Assembly (NCBI GenBank): GCA_963822845.1
Contig: CAWGIY010000004.1
Location: 218,850 to 282,849 of the forward strand
DNA: 64,000 nt
Source of the DNA: an uncultured Chloroflexia bacterium
GTDB lineage: Bacteria; Chloroflexota; Limnocylindria; QHBO01
Direction of reading: 5' to 3'
Position numbers and translations under genes: made by a program. Within the stretch, counting starts at the first letter, position 1, and every line of letters starts with the position of its first letter. Under the pieces are notes generated by a model, which saw nothing but the letters and a program-made list of their open reading frames with translations, had not been told where the DNA came from and did no database searches. Below are positions 39,319 through 48,461 of the stretch, in pieces.

Positions 39319-39812
39319 GCGGTTGGCGTGTCCTGCGTGCTGCGTTGGGAGTTCATGGCGATGCGCCGGCGGCGCACCTCGATCGGATATGGCGGACCGC
39401 CCGCGGAGGCGAGCACCTCGGCCAGGCTCGTCGCGCCCAGTGATAGCGACAGCGTCTCGTAGACGCGCTGGAAGACCTCGTGCACGCTGCATGGCTGTGG
39501 CCGATCGCAGTGCTCGAGGTCGCCGACACCCGCGCACGGCATCTCGAGGATCGGGCCCTCGAGGGCGCGGATCGCATCGGCCATCGCGATCTGTGCGGCC
39601 GGGCGTGCCAGGCGGTAGCCGCCGGACTGGCCTCGGGTCGCGGTCACCAGCCCGGCCCGGCGCAGGTCGCCGGCGAGCTGCTCGAGGTAGGCGTGTGGCA
39701 GCTTCTCGCGCCTGGCGATCTCGGCCAGCGAGAGGCATCGGTCCTCGCCCTCGCTGCGGGCCAGCGTGACGAGGATGCGGACGCCGTACTCGGTGCGGGT
39801 GCTGATTCTCAT
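39315..39812 (-). CDS. Rrf2-family transcriptional regulator with IscR-like Cys3-His cluster ligands
   Basis: The start MRISTRTEYGVRILVTLA (wHTH) lies within ORF 39315..40046. C-x8-C-x5-C-x2-H in EMPCAGVGDLEHCDRPQPCSVH. ATGA overlaps with the Rieske stop and the sufC start. Confidence 0.8.
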   Translation of the reverse strand: MRISTRTEYGVRILVTLARSEGEDRCLSLAEIARREKLPHAYLEQLAGDLRRAGLVTATRGQSGGYRLARPAAQIAMADAIRALEGPILEMPCAGVGDLEHCDRPQPCSVHEVFQRVYETLSLSLGATSLAEVLASAGGPPYPIEVRRRRIAMNSQRSTQDTPTA

Positions 39813-40147
39813 CGGTCGTCGAGCCTCACGCGGACCTCGTCGCCGATCAGCTCGGTCGGGTAGGCCCGAACCGGTCGAACCGGCGGAAGGGCGAGGACGC
39901 GCCCGGTGAAGAGGTCGAAGCGGCCGCCGTGGCGCGGGCACTCGACCGCGGTGTCGTCCAGCTCGCCCTCGCCGAGTGTGCCGCCATCGTGGGTGCAGAC
40001 GTTGTCGATGGCGCCCCACTCGCCGTCCTCGGTGTGGCCCACGCACAGCGATCGGCCGTCGAGCTCGACCACGCGGACGGTGCCCGGCTCGACGTCACCG
40101 ACGCGAGCGACGGTCACGAACCCCGAGGCCTGTTCCAGTGCCGTCAT
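39809..40147 (-). CDS. Rieske [2Fe-2S] domain protein within the suf operon
   Basis: CTHDGGTLGEG…ECPRHGGRF (CxH…CxxH). 112 aa. Confidence 0.8.
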   Translation of the reverse strand: MTALEQASGFVTVARVGDVEPGTVRVVELDGRSLCVGHTEDGEWGAIDNVCTHDGGTLGEGELDDTAVECPRHGGRFDLFTGRVLALPPVRPVRAYPTELIGDEVRVRLDDR

Positions 40148-41388
40148 GCCGCGTCGAGCTCCTCGCTCCCGATCCGGGTCGCGAGCGCCGCAAGCACGTG
40201 CTCACGAATCGTCTCGTCGCCGATCTGCCGCACGACCTGCTCGAAGAAGCCGCGCACGATCATCCGCTCGGCCTCGACCGGGTCCAGCCCGCGCGACTGG
40301 GCGTAGAACAGCTGGATCGGGTCGATCGCACCGGCCGTCGCGCCGTGGCCGCAGCGGAGGATGTCGTTGGCCTTGATCTCTAGCACCGGGATCGGCTCGG
40401 CGCCGGCCTCCGGGCTGAGCAGGAGGTTGCGGCACTCCTGGTACGAGCTCGTCTGCTTCGTCCCGTGCTCGACGCGCGTCACGCCGTAGAAGGCGGCACG
40501 CGAGCGGTCGTAAAGTGCCGACAGGTAGAGCAGGTCGCTGGTCGTGTAGTCCGCGGCCAGCACCTGGTGCGCGTTGATGTCGATGTGCTGATCGTCGCCG
40601 GCGGCCAGCAGGCCGAGCAGCTTCGACGTGCCACCCTTGCCGGACATCGCCACGTCGAGGCCGACCTTCGTCACCTTCGAGCCGATCTCGGCGTTCAGCG
40701 TCGTGACCTCGGCGTCGGGGCCGACCTCGACGCGTTGGGCGCCGATGTTCCACGCCGCACTCCCAAGCTGCTGGAGATTGGCGTAGCGGACGGTCGACGC
40801 GCGGCCGGCCACGACCTCGACGATCCCGCCATACCAGCCCGGCTCGCCGTCGGGTGAGAGGGTCTGCTCGAGGAGCGTGACGCTGCTGTCCTCCTCGGCG
40901 ACGACCAGGCTGACCGGCAGGTACGTGCCGCCGGCCTCGGGAAGGGTCGTGCGCGCGACGAGGGTGCCGTCGACGACGACGCCGCGCGGGACGTGGCAGA
41001 AGAGCCCACCGGTCCATGCCGCGTGGGCGAGTGCCCAGTAGTGCGCGTGCGAGTCCGGCCCGTCGAGCTGCCCCAGGGCGCGGCGGACGAGCTCGGGATG
41101 CTCGCGCACGGCGTCACGCAGGTCGGCGAGGATGACGCCGGCTTCGGCCGCGCCGGGCGGCAGGGTGATCTCGAGGCGGGGGACGTCCACCAGCAGGCGG
41201 CCGTCTCGCGGAAGCGCGGCCAGGTCCGTCCGGCGCCACTCCTCCTCCTGACCGGTCGGCGGCGGAGTGGCCTCCGCACGCTCCCACCAGCTCGCGCGCG
41301 ACGCGCGCAGCCAGTCTGGCTCGTCGAGGTGCTCGCCGATGCGCCCGATCGCGTCTGCGTCGAGCGCCTCCGCGGTCGCCGTCGTCAT
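40144..41388 (-). CDS. sufD: Fe-S cluster assembly protein SufD
   Basis: 414 aa. SufB/D beta-helix core. Stop overlaps the Rieske start. Confidence 0.88.
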   Translation of the reverse strand: MTTATAEALDADAIGRIGEHLDEPDWLRASRASWWERAEATPPPTGQEEEWRRTDLAALPRDGRLLVDVPRLEITLPPGAAEAGVILADLRDAVREHPELVRRALGQLDGPDSHAHYWALAHAAWTGGLFCHVPRGVVVDGTLVARTTLPEAGGTYLPVSLVVAEEDSSVTLLEQTLSPDGEPGWYGGIVEVVAGRASTVRYANLQQLGSAAWNIGAQRVEVGPDAEVTTLNAEIGSKVTKVGLDVAMSGKGGTSKLLGLLAAGDDQHIDINAHQVLAADYTTSDLLYLSALYDRSRAAFYGVTRVEHGTKQTSSYQECRNLLLSPEAGAEPIPVLEIKANDILRCGHGATAGAIDPIQLFYAQSRGLDPVEAERMIVRGFFEQVVRQIGDETIREHVLAALATRIGSEELDAA

Positions 41389-41392
41389 CGGC

Positions 41393-42802
41393 TCAGCCGA
41401 CCGCGCCTTCCATCTGGAGCTGGATGAGGCGGTTCATCTCGACGGCGTACTCCATCGGCAGCTCCTTGACGATCGGCTCGATGAAGCCATTCACGATCAT
41501 CGCGCTCGCCTCCGCCTCGGACAGGCCGCGGCTCATGAGGTAGAAGAGCTGCTCGCTGCCGACCTTGGAGACCGTCGCCTCGTGACCGATGGTGACGTCC
41601 TCCTCGTCGATCTCCATGTACGGGTACGTGTCCGAGCGCGCCTCCTCGTCGAGAATGAGGGCATCGCAGCGGACCGTCGACTTCGCCTTCTCGCAACCGG
41701 GATAGACCTTCACGAGGCCGCGGTAGCTCGTCCGGCCTGTGCCCTTGGAGATCGACTTCGAGGTGATGAGCGACGTCGTGTTCGGCGCGGCGTGGATGAC
41801 CTTGCCGCCGGCGTCCTGGTGCTGCCCATCGCCGGCGAAGGCGATGCTGAGCACCTCGCCGTGGGCTCGCTCGCCGAGCAGGTAGATGCTGGGGTACTTC
41901 ATCGTCACGCGCGAGCCGAGGTTGCCGTCGACCCACTCCATCACGGCGTCCTCGTAGGCCACGGCACGCTTGGTGACGAGGTTGTAGACGTTGTGGCTCC
42001 AGTTCTGGATCGTCGTGTAGCGGACGCGCGCGCCCTTCTTGACGATGATCTCGACGACGGCGCTGTGCAGGGACGCGGTCGAGTACGTCGGCGCCGTGCA
42101 GCCCTCGACGTAATGGACCGATGACCCTTCGTCGGCGATGATCAGCGTCCGCTCGAACTGGCCCATGTTCTCGGTGTTGATCCGGAAGTAGGCCTGCAGC
42201 GGCAGCTCGACGTGGACGCCCTTCGGCACGTAGATGAACGAGCCGCCGCTCCACACGGCCGTGTTGAGCGCTGCGAGCTTGTTGTCGTTGGCCGGGATGA
42301 CCGTGCCGTAGTACTCGCGGAACAGCTCCGGGTGAGTCTTGAGCGCCTCATCGGTCCCGAGGAAGATGACGCCCTGCTTCTCGAGGTCCTCGCGGATGTT
42401 GTGGTAGACGACCTCGGAGTCGTACTGGCCGCCGACGCCCGCGAGGTACTTCTTCTCCGCCTCGGGGATGCCGAGCTTGTCGTACGTGCGGCGGATGTAG
42501 TCGGGCACGTCGTCCCATGACTGCATCGCCTTGTCGGTCCCGGTGACGTAGTAGTAGATGTCCTGGAAGTCGATCGGGTCGAGGTCCGCGCCCCACTTCG
42601 GCATCGGGCGCGCTTCGAAGTGCCGATACGCCTTCAGACGCATCTTCGTCATCCACTCCGGCTCGGCCTTGATGCGGCTGATCTCCGCCACGACCTCGGC
42701 GCTGATGCCCTTGGCGAAGGTCGTGCGGGGCTGCTCGGGGTCGTTCCAGCCATACCGGTAGCCGCCGGGGACCTGGGTCAGGGCGGGATTCGGAAGGGCC
42801 AT
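41393..42802 (-). CDS. sufB: Fe-S cluster assembly protein SufB
   Basis: 469 aa, highly conserved SufB (…GPREDGGFKP…, …[23 protein letters not shown]…). Confidence 0.95.
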   Translation of the reverse strand: MALPNPALTQVPGGYRYGWNDPEQPRTTFAKGISAEVVAEISRIKAEPEWMTKMRLKAYRHFEARPMPKWGADLDPIDFQDIYYYVTGTDKAMQSWDDVPDYIRRTYDKLGIPEAEKKYLAGVGGQYDSEVVYHNIREDLEKQGVIFLGTDEALKTHPELFREYYGTVIPANDNKLAALNTAVWSGGSFIYVPKGVHVELPLQAYFRINTENMGQFERTLIIADEGSSVHYVEGCTAPTYSTASLHSAVVEIIVKKGARVRYTTIQNWSHNVYNLVTKRAVAYEDAVMEWVDGNLGSRVTMKYPSIYLLGERAHGEVLSIAFAGDGQHQDAGGKVIHAAPNTTSLITSKSISKGTGRTSYRGLVKVYPGCEKAKSTVRCDALILDEEARSDTYPYMEIDEEDVTIGHEATVSKVGSEQLFYLMSRGLSEAEASAMIVNGFIEPIVKELPMEYAVEMNRLIQLQMEGAVG

Positions 42803-42827
42803 CGTTCCTCGCTTGGGTTGCGTGCGG

Positions 42828-42852
42828 AATCCCGACCGATTTAGTCGGGGTT
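42828..42852 (-). promoter_or_regulatory. palindromic candidate operator upstream of sufB (IscR type-1-like)
   Basis: aaTCCCGACcgatttaGTCGGGGtt. CCGACCGATTTAGTCGG matches 16 of 17 positions of the IscR type-1 core YYGACTRwwwYAGTCRR. It lies 26-50 nt upstream of the sufB start codon. Confidence 0.4.
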
Positions 42853-42981
42853 GCGTTCATTGTCCTGCAGCGCGTGAGCCGGGTCAACCGAGGGTACGGG
42901 GTGGGTTCCCTTTGCGGCGGCAGGAAAGCATGGCTACGATCGGCTGGCGTGCCCCGCAGGATGACCCAGGAGGACGATCCC

Positions 42982-44598
42982 ATGGTATTCCTTCGGCGCA
43001 GACCATCGAGAGCTGCTGTCATCGGTGCGATATTCGCGATGCTGATCGGCGCCATGCCGGTCGCGGCAGCCAAACCGACGCCGGGGTGCGACAACCGCAC
43101 GAACAACACGTACGCCAAGCTTCTCGAATGCGTGACCCTGGAGGGCGTCCGGGAGCACCAGAATGCCTTCCAGCAGATCGCCAACGCGAACGGCGGCACG
43201 CGCCATGCCGGCGAGAGCGGATACGCCGCGAGCGCTCAATACGTCTACGACCGTCTGCAGCAGGCGGGCTGGACGGTCTCGCTCCACGAATTCCCGTTTA
43301 TCTACACCCCACCGCCTCGGCTCCAACAGCTGACGCCCACCGCCGCGACGTACGAGACCGGGGCATTCACCGGGTCGGGCTTCGGTGAGGTCTCTGCCGC
43401 CGTGACGCCGATCGACGTGAACTTCGTGGCCCCCGCGACCACAACCAGCGGTTGCCAGGGCGACTTCACCGAGGCGGCGGTCGGTGCGCCCATCGTGCCC
43501 GATCCAGACGGTCCCGACGACTTCGCCGACTTCACCGGCGGCATCGCCCTCGTCCAGCGAGGCGCGTGCAGCTTCGCCCTGAAGGCCACCAACGCCATGT
43601 CGGCGGGGGCCGCGGCGCTCATCATCTTCAACCAGGGCAGCGACCCGACACGTATGGACCTGATCATCGGCACCCTGGCGCCGGTCGCCGCCACCATTCC
43701 GGTCGTGGGCGCTTCGTATGCCAATGGGCAGGCACTCGCGCAGGCCGGATCGACGGCACTCGTCGACGTCGATCCCCCCGAGAGCCGGCCGCAGGTCAAC
43801 GTGATCGCCGAACGGCGCGGGAAGAACAACGCCAACGTTGTCATGGCGGGAGCCCACCTCGACTCGGTCCAGCGTGGCCCCGGGATCCAGGACAACGGAA
43901 GCGGATCCGCGGCGCTCCTGGAAGTTGCCGAGCAGATCGGCAAGCTGAAGCCGGAGAACACCCTGCGCTTCGCGTGGTGGGGCGCCGAAGAGTCCGGTCT
44001 CATCGGTTCGACGCAGTATGTCAACGGGCTGAGCCAGACCGAGCAGGATCGGATCGCGCTCTACCTGAACTTCGACATGATCGGTTCGCCCAACTACATG
44101 TTCATGGTGTACGACGGCGACGAATCCGGGTTCCCGGCTCCTCCGGGGGTGCCGATCCCTGCCGGATCGATCCAGATCGAGGACCTGTTCGAGTCGTTCT
44201 TCACGTTGCGCGGTGAGCCGTATGACGACGCCCAGTTCAGCGGGCGGAGCGACTACCAGGCGTTCATCAACAACGACATACCCGCCGGTGGGCTCTTCAC
44301 CGGCGCGGAAGTGCCGAAGACCGCCGAGCAGGCCGCGATCTGGGGCGGCACAGTCGGTGCGCAGTACGACCCGTGCTACCACCTGGCCTGCGACACGTTC
44401 GCGAACGTGTCCCTGCATGCGCTCGACGTGAACAGCGACGCGGTCGCGTTCGCGGTCCTCACGTACGCGTACTCCACCCAATCGGTGAACGGCGTGCCCG
44501 GAAAGACGGTCCCGGGTGGCCTCGTGATCCCGCCACCCGCCGGTCCGGAGGGAACGGTCGGCAGCGGAAGCGGCGCCGAGCACGCGCCGCTCGACTGA
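42982..44598 (+). CDS. M28-family aminopeptidase with PA domain, secreted
   Basis: Start MVFLRRRPSRAAVIGAIFAML, with RBS aggagg upstream, inside ORF 42874..44598. M28 ligand blocks HLDSV, DNGSGSAALLE, GAEESGLIGS, NFDMIGS, CYHLACD. Confidence 0.85.
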   Translation: MVFLRRRPSRAAVIGAIFAMLIGAMPVAAAKPTPGCDNRTNNTYAKLLECVTLEGVREHQNAFQQIANANGGTRHAGESGYAASAQYVYDRLQQAGWTVSLHEFPFIYTPPPRLQQLTPTAATYETGAFTGSGFGEVSAAVTPIDVNFVAPATTTSGCQGDFTEAAVGAPIVPDPDGPDDFADFTGGIALVQRGACSFALKATNAMSAGAAALIIFNQGSDPTRMDLIIGTLAPVAATIPVVGASYANGQALAQAGSTALVDVDPPESRPQVNVIAERRGKNNANVVMAGAHLDSVQRGPGIQDNGSGSAALLEVAEQIGKLKPENTLRFAWWGAEESGLIGSTQYVNGLSQTEQDRIALYLNFDMIGSPNYMFMVYDGDESGFPAPPGVPIPAGSIQIEDLFESFFTLRGEPYDDAQFSGRSDYQAFINNDIPAGGLFTGAEVPKTAEQAAIWGGTVGAQYDPCYHLACDTFANVSLHALDVNSDAVAFAVLTYAYSTQSVNGVPGKTVPGGLVIPPPAGPEGTVGSGSGAEHAPLD

Positions 44599-44636
44599 CG
44601 ATGCGCGCTGAGCTCGCGCGCTGATTCGCACCGATG

Positions 44637-44666
44637 CCACGGCCGGGGTTCCGACCCCGGCCGTGG
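44637..44666. terminator. bidirectional intrinsic-terminator-like hairpin between convergent genes
   Basis: CCACGGCCGGGG-ttccga-CCCCGGCCGTGG, a perfect 12-bp stem followed by gtttcctatt. Confidence 0.5.
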
Positions 44667-44673
44667 CCGTTTC

Positions 44674-45840
44674 CTATTCCAGCTCGAGCAGCTCGCGGCG
44701 ACGCGGCTGCCGCTCGACGAACGCCCTGGCGTCCTCGACCGGGATCGCGCCGTTGACGACCGCGAGCTGGACGACACGGTCCTCGACGAGGTAGGCCACC
44801 CAGAACCGATCGCCCTCACCGCGCTTGATGGTCTCCTCCCAGGTCGGCGCCCAGCCGACGACATCGATGAGGTCGCCGGCCACCTCGCTGAAGACCCACG
44901 GCGCGCGGGGCGGTGCCAACGGCTTGCCGAGCATCGATAGGGCGGCGCGCTCACCGCCCTCGCGCGCGGCGTGCCAGTGCTCGATCCGGCGCCCATCGAT
45001 CCGCGCGGCATCACCGGCAGCCCAGACCGATGGATGGCTCGTGTGGAGGTCCGCATCGGTCTCGATGCCGTCGTCAACGGCCAGGCCGGCTGCCTCGGCC
45101 AGCTCCGTCCGCGGGGTGACCCCGATGCCGGCGATGCTGAACGCGTGGACATGGCGCTCATCGCCGACCCGGGCGGCCCCGTCGGTGAGCCGTGTCACTG
45201 CCGCGCCGGATTGGACCTCTACGCCCGCCGACTCCAGGCGCCCTCGCGCCCATCGATCGAGCTCGTCTCCCAGCGAACCGGCCCAAAGGCGCTCGGCCAT
45301 CTCGAGGATCGTCGGCCTAAGTCCGAGTGTGGCGAGGCCCGACGCGACTTCGACGCCGATGAAGCCGCCGCCGATGACCGTCACCCGAGCACCCGCGCCC
45401 GCCTCGGTGGCCTTCGCGCGGAGCCGGCGCGCATCGGTCAGAGTTCGAAGGAGCAGCGCGTGCTCGCCACCGTCGACTGGAAGCTCGCGCGGCCGGGCGC
45501 CGGTGGCCAGGAGGCAGCGCTCGAAGTTGATGATGGTGCCCTCGTCGAGGGTCGCCTCGCCCGCATCGGGGTCGAGCGCGGTGACGCGGTGCGCGGGCAG
45601 CAGCTCGACGCTCCGGCGCTCGTACCAGCGCGCAGGCTCGGCCAGGACAAGCTCGTCGGGCAGGTCGTCCCTGAGCAGCTCCTTGCTCAGCGGCGGCCGG
45701 TTGTATGGCAGCGCAGCCTCATCGCCGACGAGGAGGATCCGCCCGTCGAACCCCTCGCGGCGTAACGTTCGCGCGCACCGAACCGATGCGACGCCACCGC
45801 CGATGAGGAGCACATCGGTCGTCTCGGTCCTCGCTGCCAC
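44674..45840 (-). CDS. FAD/NAD(P)-dependent oxidoreductase (ferredoxin/rubredoxin reductase family)
   Basis: Two Rossmann GxGxxG/A sites (LLIGGGVASV; VTVIGGGFIGVE) and a C-terminal dimerisation domain. Confidence 0.8.
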   Translation of the reverse strand: MAARTETTDVLLIGGGVASVRCARTLRREGFDGRILLVGDEAALPYNRPPLSKELLRDDLPDELVLAEPARWYERRSVELLPAHRVTALDPDAGEATLDEGTIINFERCLLATGARPRELPVDGGEHALLLRTLTDARRLRAKATEAGAGARVTVIGGGFIGVEVASGLATLGLRPTILEMAERLWAGSLGDELDRWARGRLESAGVEVQSGAAVTRLTDGAARVGDERHVHAFSIAGIGVTPRTELAEAAGLAVDDGIETDADLHTSHPSVWAAGDAARIDGRRIEHWHAAREGGERAALSMLGKPLAPPRAPWVFSEVAGDLIDVVGWAPTWEETIKRGEGDRFWVAYLVEDRVVQLAVVNGAIPVEDARAFVERQPRRRELLELE

Positions 45841-45870
45841 CGCGCCATGCTAGCGGTGGCGTCGCGCCGG

Positions 45871-47820
45871 TCAGGAGCAGCCTGGCTGGCCCTCGAGCCA
45901 CTCGACGGCAGCGTCGATCGCAGGGTCGTCACCATCGGGGCCGGCGATGACGGCGACGGTCTGGTCCGGCGCGAGGTTGGACTCGTAGGTCGCGCCATCA
46001 CGATCCACGACCGTCGAGACCGGGAGCCGCAGCCGCGCCCCGTCGACCATCACGAGCGACATCTGCCCATGCGGGCTGCCGGCGGTGACGCCGCCGATGA
46101 TGCGCGTGGCCGGGCGCCCGCGGAAGCCAACGACCAGCTGCTCACCGGCGGCGGCGGTCACGTTCGAGGTCAGCACGACCACCGGGGCATCGCGGTTGGC
46201 AGGCAGGTGTGCCGCCTCGCTCGCCAGCATGGCGTCGAATTCCTCTTCCTGCCGCTCGTCATCCGCCGTCGCGGCGGCCACGGCCGGCGAGTCGAGGATC
46301 TCGGCGGTGCGCTCATCGCCGTCGACGAGCACCGTCCCATCGTCGTTCACCTCGACCCACCAGTTGCCCAGGGCGGAGTCGAACGTGATGACGCGACCCT
46401 CGCCGAGCAGGCCGGCGACGACCCCAAAGAGCGGCGGGTACGCGCCGAAGGCCGTCTCCCGGACGTCGACGATCCAGCCGCATGCGGGCGCCGTCGACTC
46501 GACCGACTCCATCGCCGTCCGCCCGTCCAACAGATATTGACGGATGTCGTCGGGCCCACCGGCGTCCAACGCGGGCAGGTCGAGATAGCCAACCTCGCCG
46601 AACCGATCCCCGCGCGGCCCGGTCACCGACCCCGGGCTCTCTCCGCCGGCGGGCACGTCCTCGGGCCGGATGAAGACGGTTCCGGAGAAGTCGAAGGTCG
46701 CGATGGCGTCCTGGATGCGCCGCCAGGCCTCACCGGCCGTCGGATCCTCGGGCAAGCCGTCGAGTGCCGCCGCCCGCGCGGCAGTCCAGTCGATGGCCTC
46801 CGTGTTCCAGTGGTACGCCTCCATGGCTTCGAGCGCCGTCTCGATGTAGGCGACGTAGTCGACGTCGGTGGACGAACCTGGCTGCCCCAGTGGGAAGTCC
46901 GGCGGCAGCCCGAGGGAGGCAGGGTCAGGCGGCTGATCGGTGTCCGGCGGCTCGATCGGCGCGGGATCGGTCATTGGCGCGAACTCGGTGACGTGCGAGG
47001 TGATGAACGGCGCATCCTCCACCGTCGGGGTCACGCCGACCAGATCTGTCGACCACGTCCGCAGTCCACCATCGGGCGCGATGCCCCACTCCGCGGTCGC
47101 CATGCCGTCGCGATAGGGAGCGGTCAGGACCCACGTCGCACCACCGTCCGCACCGCGCGTCACGGTCACGTCACCATCGCCGATGGCGAAGGCATCCGCG
47201 GCAGCGACTTCGCCGTCGAGCATCCCGGTCTGGAGCGTCACGACCGGAGGGGCATCGTCGCGCGACCCCGCGACCCAGGCCTCGGCATCGGTCACATACG
47301 ACTCATCGCCGACCAGGACGTGGATGGACGTGGTGACGTTCTCTCCACGAGCCGGAGGCTGGCCGTCCGGATCCAGCCACCAGCCGGTCTCGGCGACATC
47401 GACGTCCGTTCGCATGATCACGATCTGGTCGCCGCTTGGCCTCCAGCTGAACCATGTTGCCGAGCTCAGCTCGTCGAGGACTGACGACGTGGATACGCCC
47501 TCGACGCCCGGGGCATCACGAAGTGCATCGACCGCGGAATCGAGCGCGGCGCGCAGCTCCTCGACGCTGGCCGGCGATGGCTGCGCCTCGGTCGAGTCGG
47601 TCGGGGCCGGACCCACGTTGGGTTCCTGGCCGAGGATCAGCGCGACGATGGCGACCACGGCGACCACACCGATTGCGACCGCGGCCGGGAGGAACGCGGC
47701 GAACGGCGAGCGGCTCAGCGGTGCGGTGTCGACCGTGGCCATGATCCGCGGGACGAGGTCGGTCGGTGGCTGCGCCTGTCCGCGGGACCGCAGGAACTCG
47801 ATGACTCGCTCGTCGCTCAT
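45871..47820 (-). CDS. membrane anti-sigma factor with large extracytoplasmic S41-peptidase-like (CtpA/Prc-fold) domain
   Basis: ATGA-coupled to the upstream ECF sigma. Short cytoplasmic N-terminus and one TM helix (FLPAAVAIGVVAVVAIVALILG). The C-terminal region aligns by eye to S41 blocks: GWIVDVRETAFG (~LILDLRNNPGG), PVVVLTSNVTAAAGEQLV (~PLVVLVNRGSASASEIFA), RIIGGVTAGSPHGQ (~TLVGETTFGKGLVQ). The expected Ser and Lys appear replaced by Thr and Ser. Confidence 0.65.
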   Translation of the reverse strand: MSDERVIEFLRSRGQAQPPTDLVPRIMATVDTAPLSRSPFAAFLPAAVAIGVVAVVAIVALILGQEPNVGPAPTDSTEAQPSPASVEELRAALDSAVDALRDAPGVEGVSTSSVLDELSSATWFSWRPSGDQIVIMRTDVDVAETGWWLDPDGQPPARGENVTTSIHVLVGDESYVTDAEAWVAGSRDDAPPVVTLQTGMLDGEVAAADAFAIGDGDVTVTRGADGGATWVLTAPYRDGMATAEWGIAPDGGLRTWSTDLVGVTPTVEDAPFITSHVTEFAPMTDPAPIEPPDTDQPPDPASLGLPPDFPLGQPGSSTDVDYVAYIETALEAMEAYHWNTEAIDWTAARAAALDGLPEDPTAGEAWRRIQDAIATFDFSGTVFIRPEDVPAGGESPGSVTGPRGDRFGEVGYLDLPALDAGGPDDIRQYLLDGRTAMESVESTAPACGWIVDVRETAFGAYPPLFGVVAGLLGEGRVITFDSALGNWWVEVNDDGTVLVDGDERTAEILDSPAVAAATADDERQEEEFDAMLASEAAHLPANRDAPVVVLTSNVTAAAGEQLVVGFRGRPATRIIGGVTAGSPHGQMSLVMVDGARLRLPVSTVVDRDGATYESNLAPDQTVAVIAGPDGDDPAIDAAVEWLEGQPGCS

Positions 47821-48365
47821 GTCATCACCTCCGTCTCGACGTCGCGCCGCGGATCATTCAGCTCACGTCGCAGGACCGCCAGCCCGGCGCTCAGCCGCGA
47901 CTTCGCCGTCCCGACCCGGATGCCGAGCATGTCGGCGGCCTCGGAGATCGAGAGGCCGATCGAGTAGTGCAGGGCGAGCACGGCTCGCTGGTCGACGGTC
48001 AGGCTCTCGAACGCCGGCTCGAGGATCGCCCGCGCTTCGGCATCGGCGCGAAAGTCGGGCCGCGGGTCCGTGATGACCACCTCATCGCCGAGATCCAGCG
48101 CAGCGCGAGGACGCCGGCCGCGACTCCGCAGCCAGTTCCGCGATCGATTGACGCAGATCCGCCGCAGCCATGGGTCGAAGGCGCCGGCGTCCCGAAGCCG
48201 CGGGAGCTGCTGCCACGCCGAGACGAACGTCTCCTGGGTCACGTCGGCGGCATCGGCCACGCCGACGATCGCCGCGGCGAGCCGAAACGTCTCGGTCGCG
48301 TGCTTCCCGACGAGCATCTCGAATGCCTCCCGATCGCGGGCCTTGGCACGGCTGACGAGGTCCAG
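47817..48365 (-). CDS. ECF-family RNA polymerase sigma factor; probable CTG start at 48365
   Basis: The ORF from ATG 48317 lacks region 2.1. In-frame upstream codons encode LDLVSRAKARDREAFE. RBS AAGGAGG lies 8 nt before CTG 48365, and an in-frame TGA is at 48387. Region 4 HTH LSISEAADMLGIRVGTAKSRL. Confidence 0.75.
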   Translation of the reverse strand: MDLVSRAKARDREAFEMLVGKHATETFRLAAAIVGVADAADVTQETFVSAWQQLPRLRDAGAFDPWLRRICVNRSRNWLRSRGRRPRAALDLGDEVVITDPRPDFRADAEARAILEPAFESLTVDQRAVLALHYSIGLSISEAADMLGIRVGTAKSRLSAGLAVLRRELNDPRRDVETEVMT

Positions 48366-48461
48366 CGCTGTTCCCTCCTTGGGCCTTCACACACTAGACA
48401 CCGGCCCGCGTCAGAGTGTTCGGCGGCTCGTGCGGATCGGCTTCGATAGACTCCGCACCGC

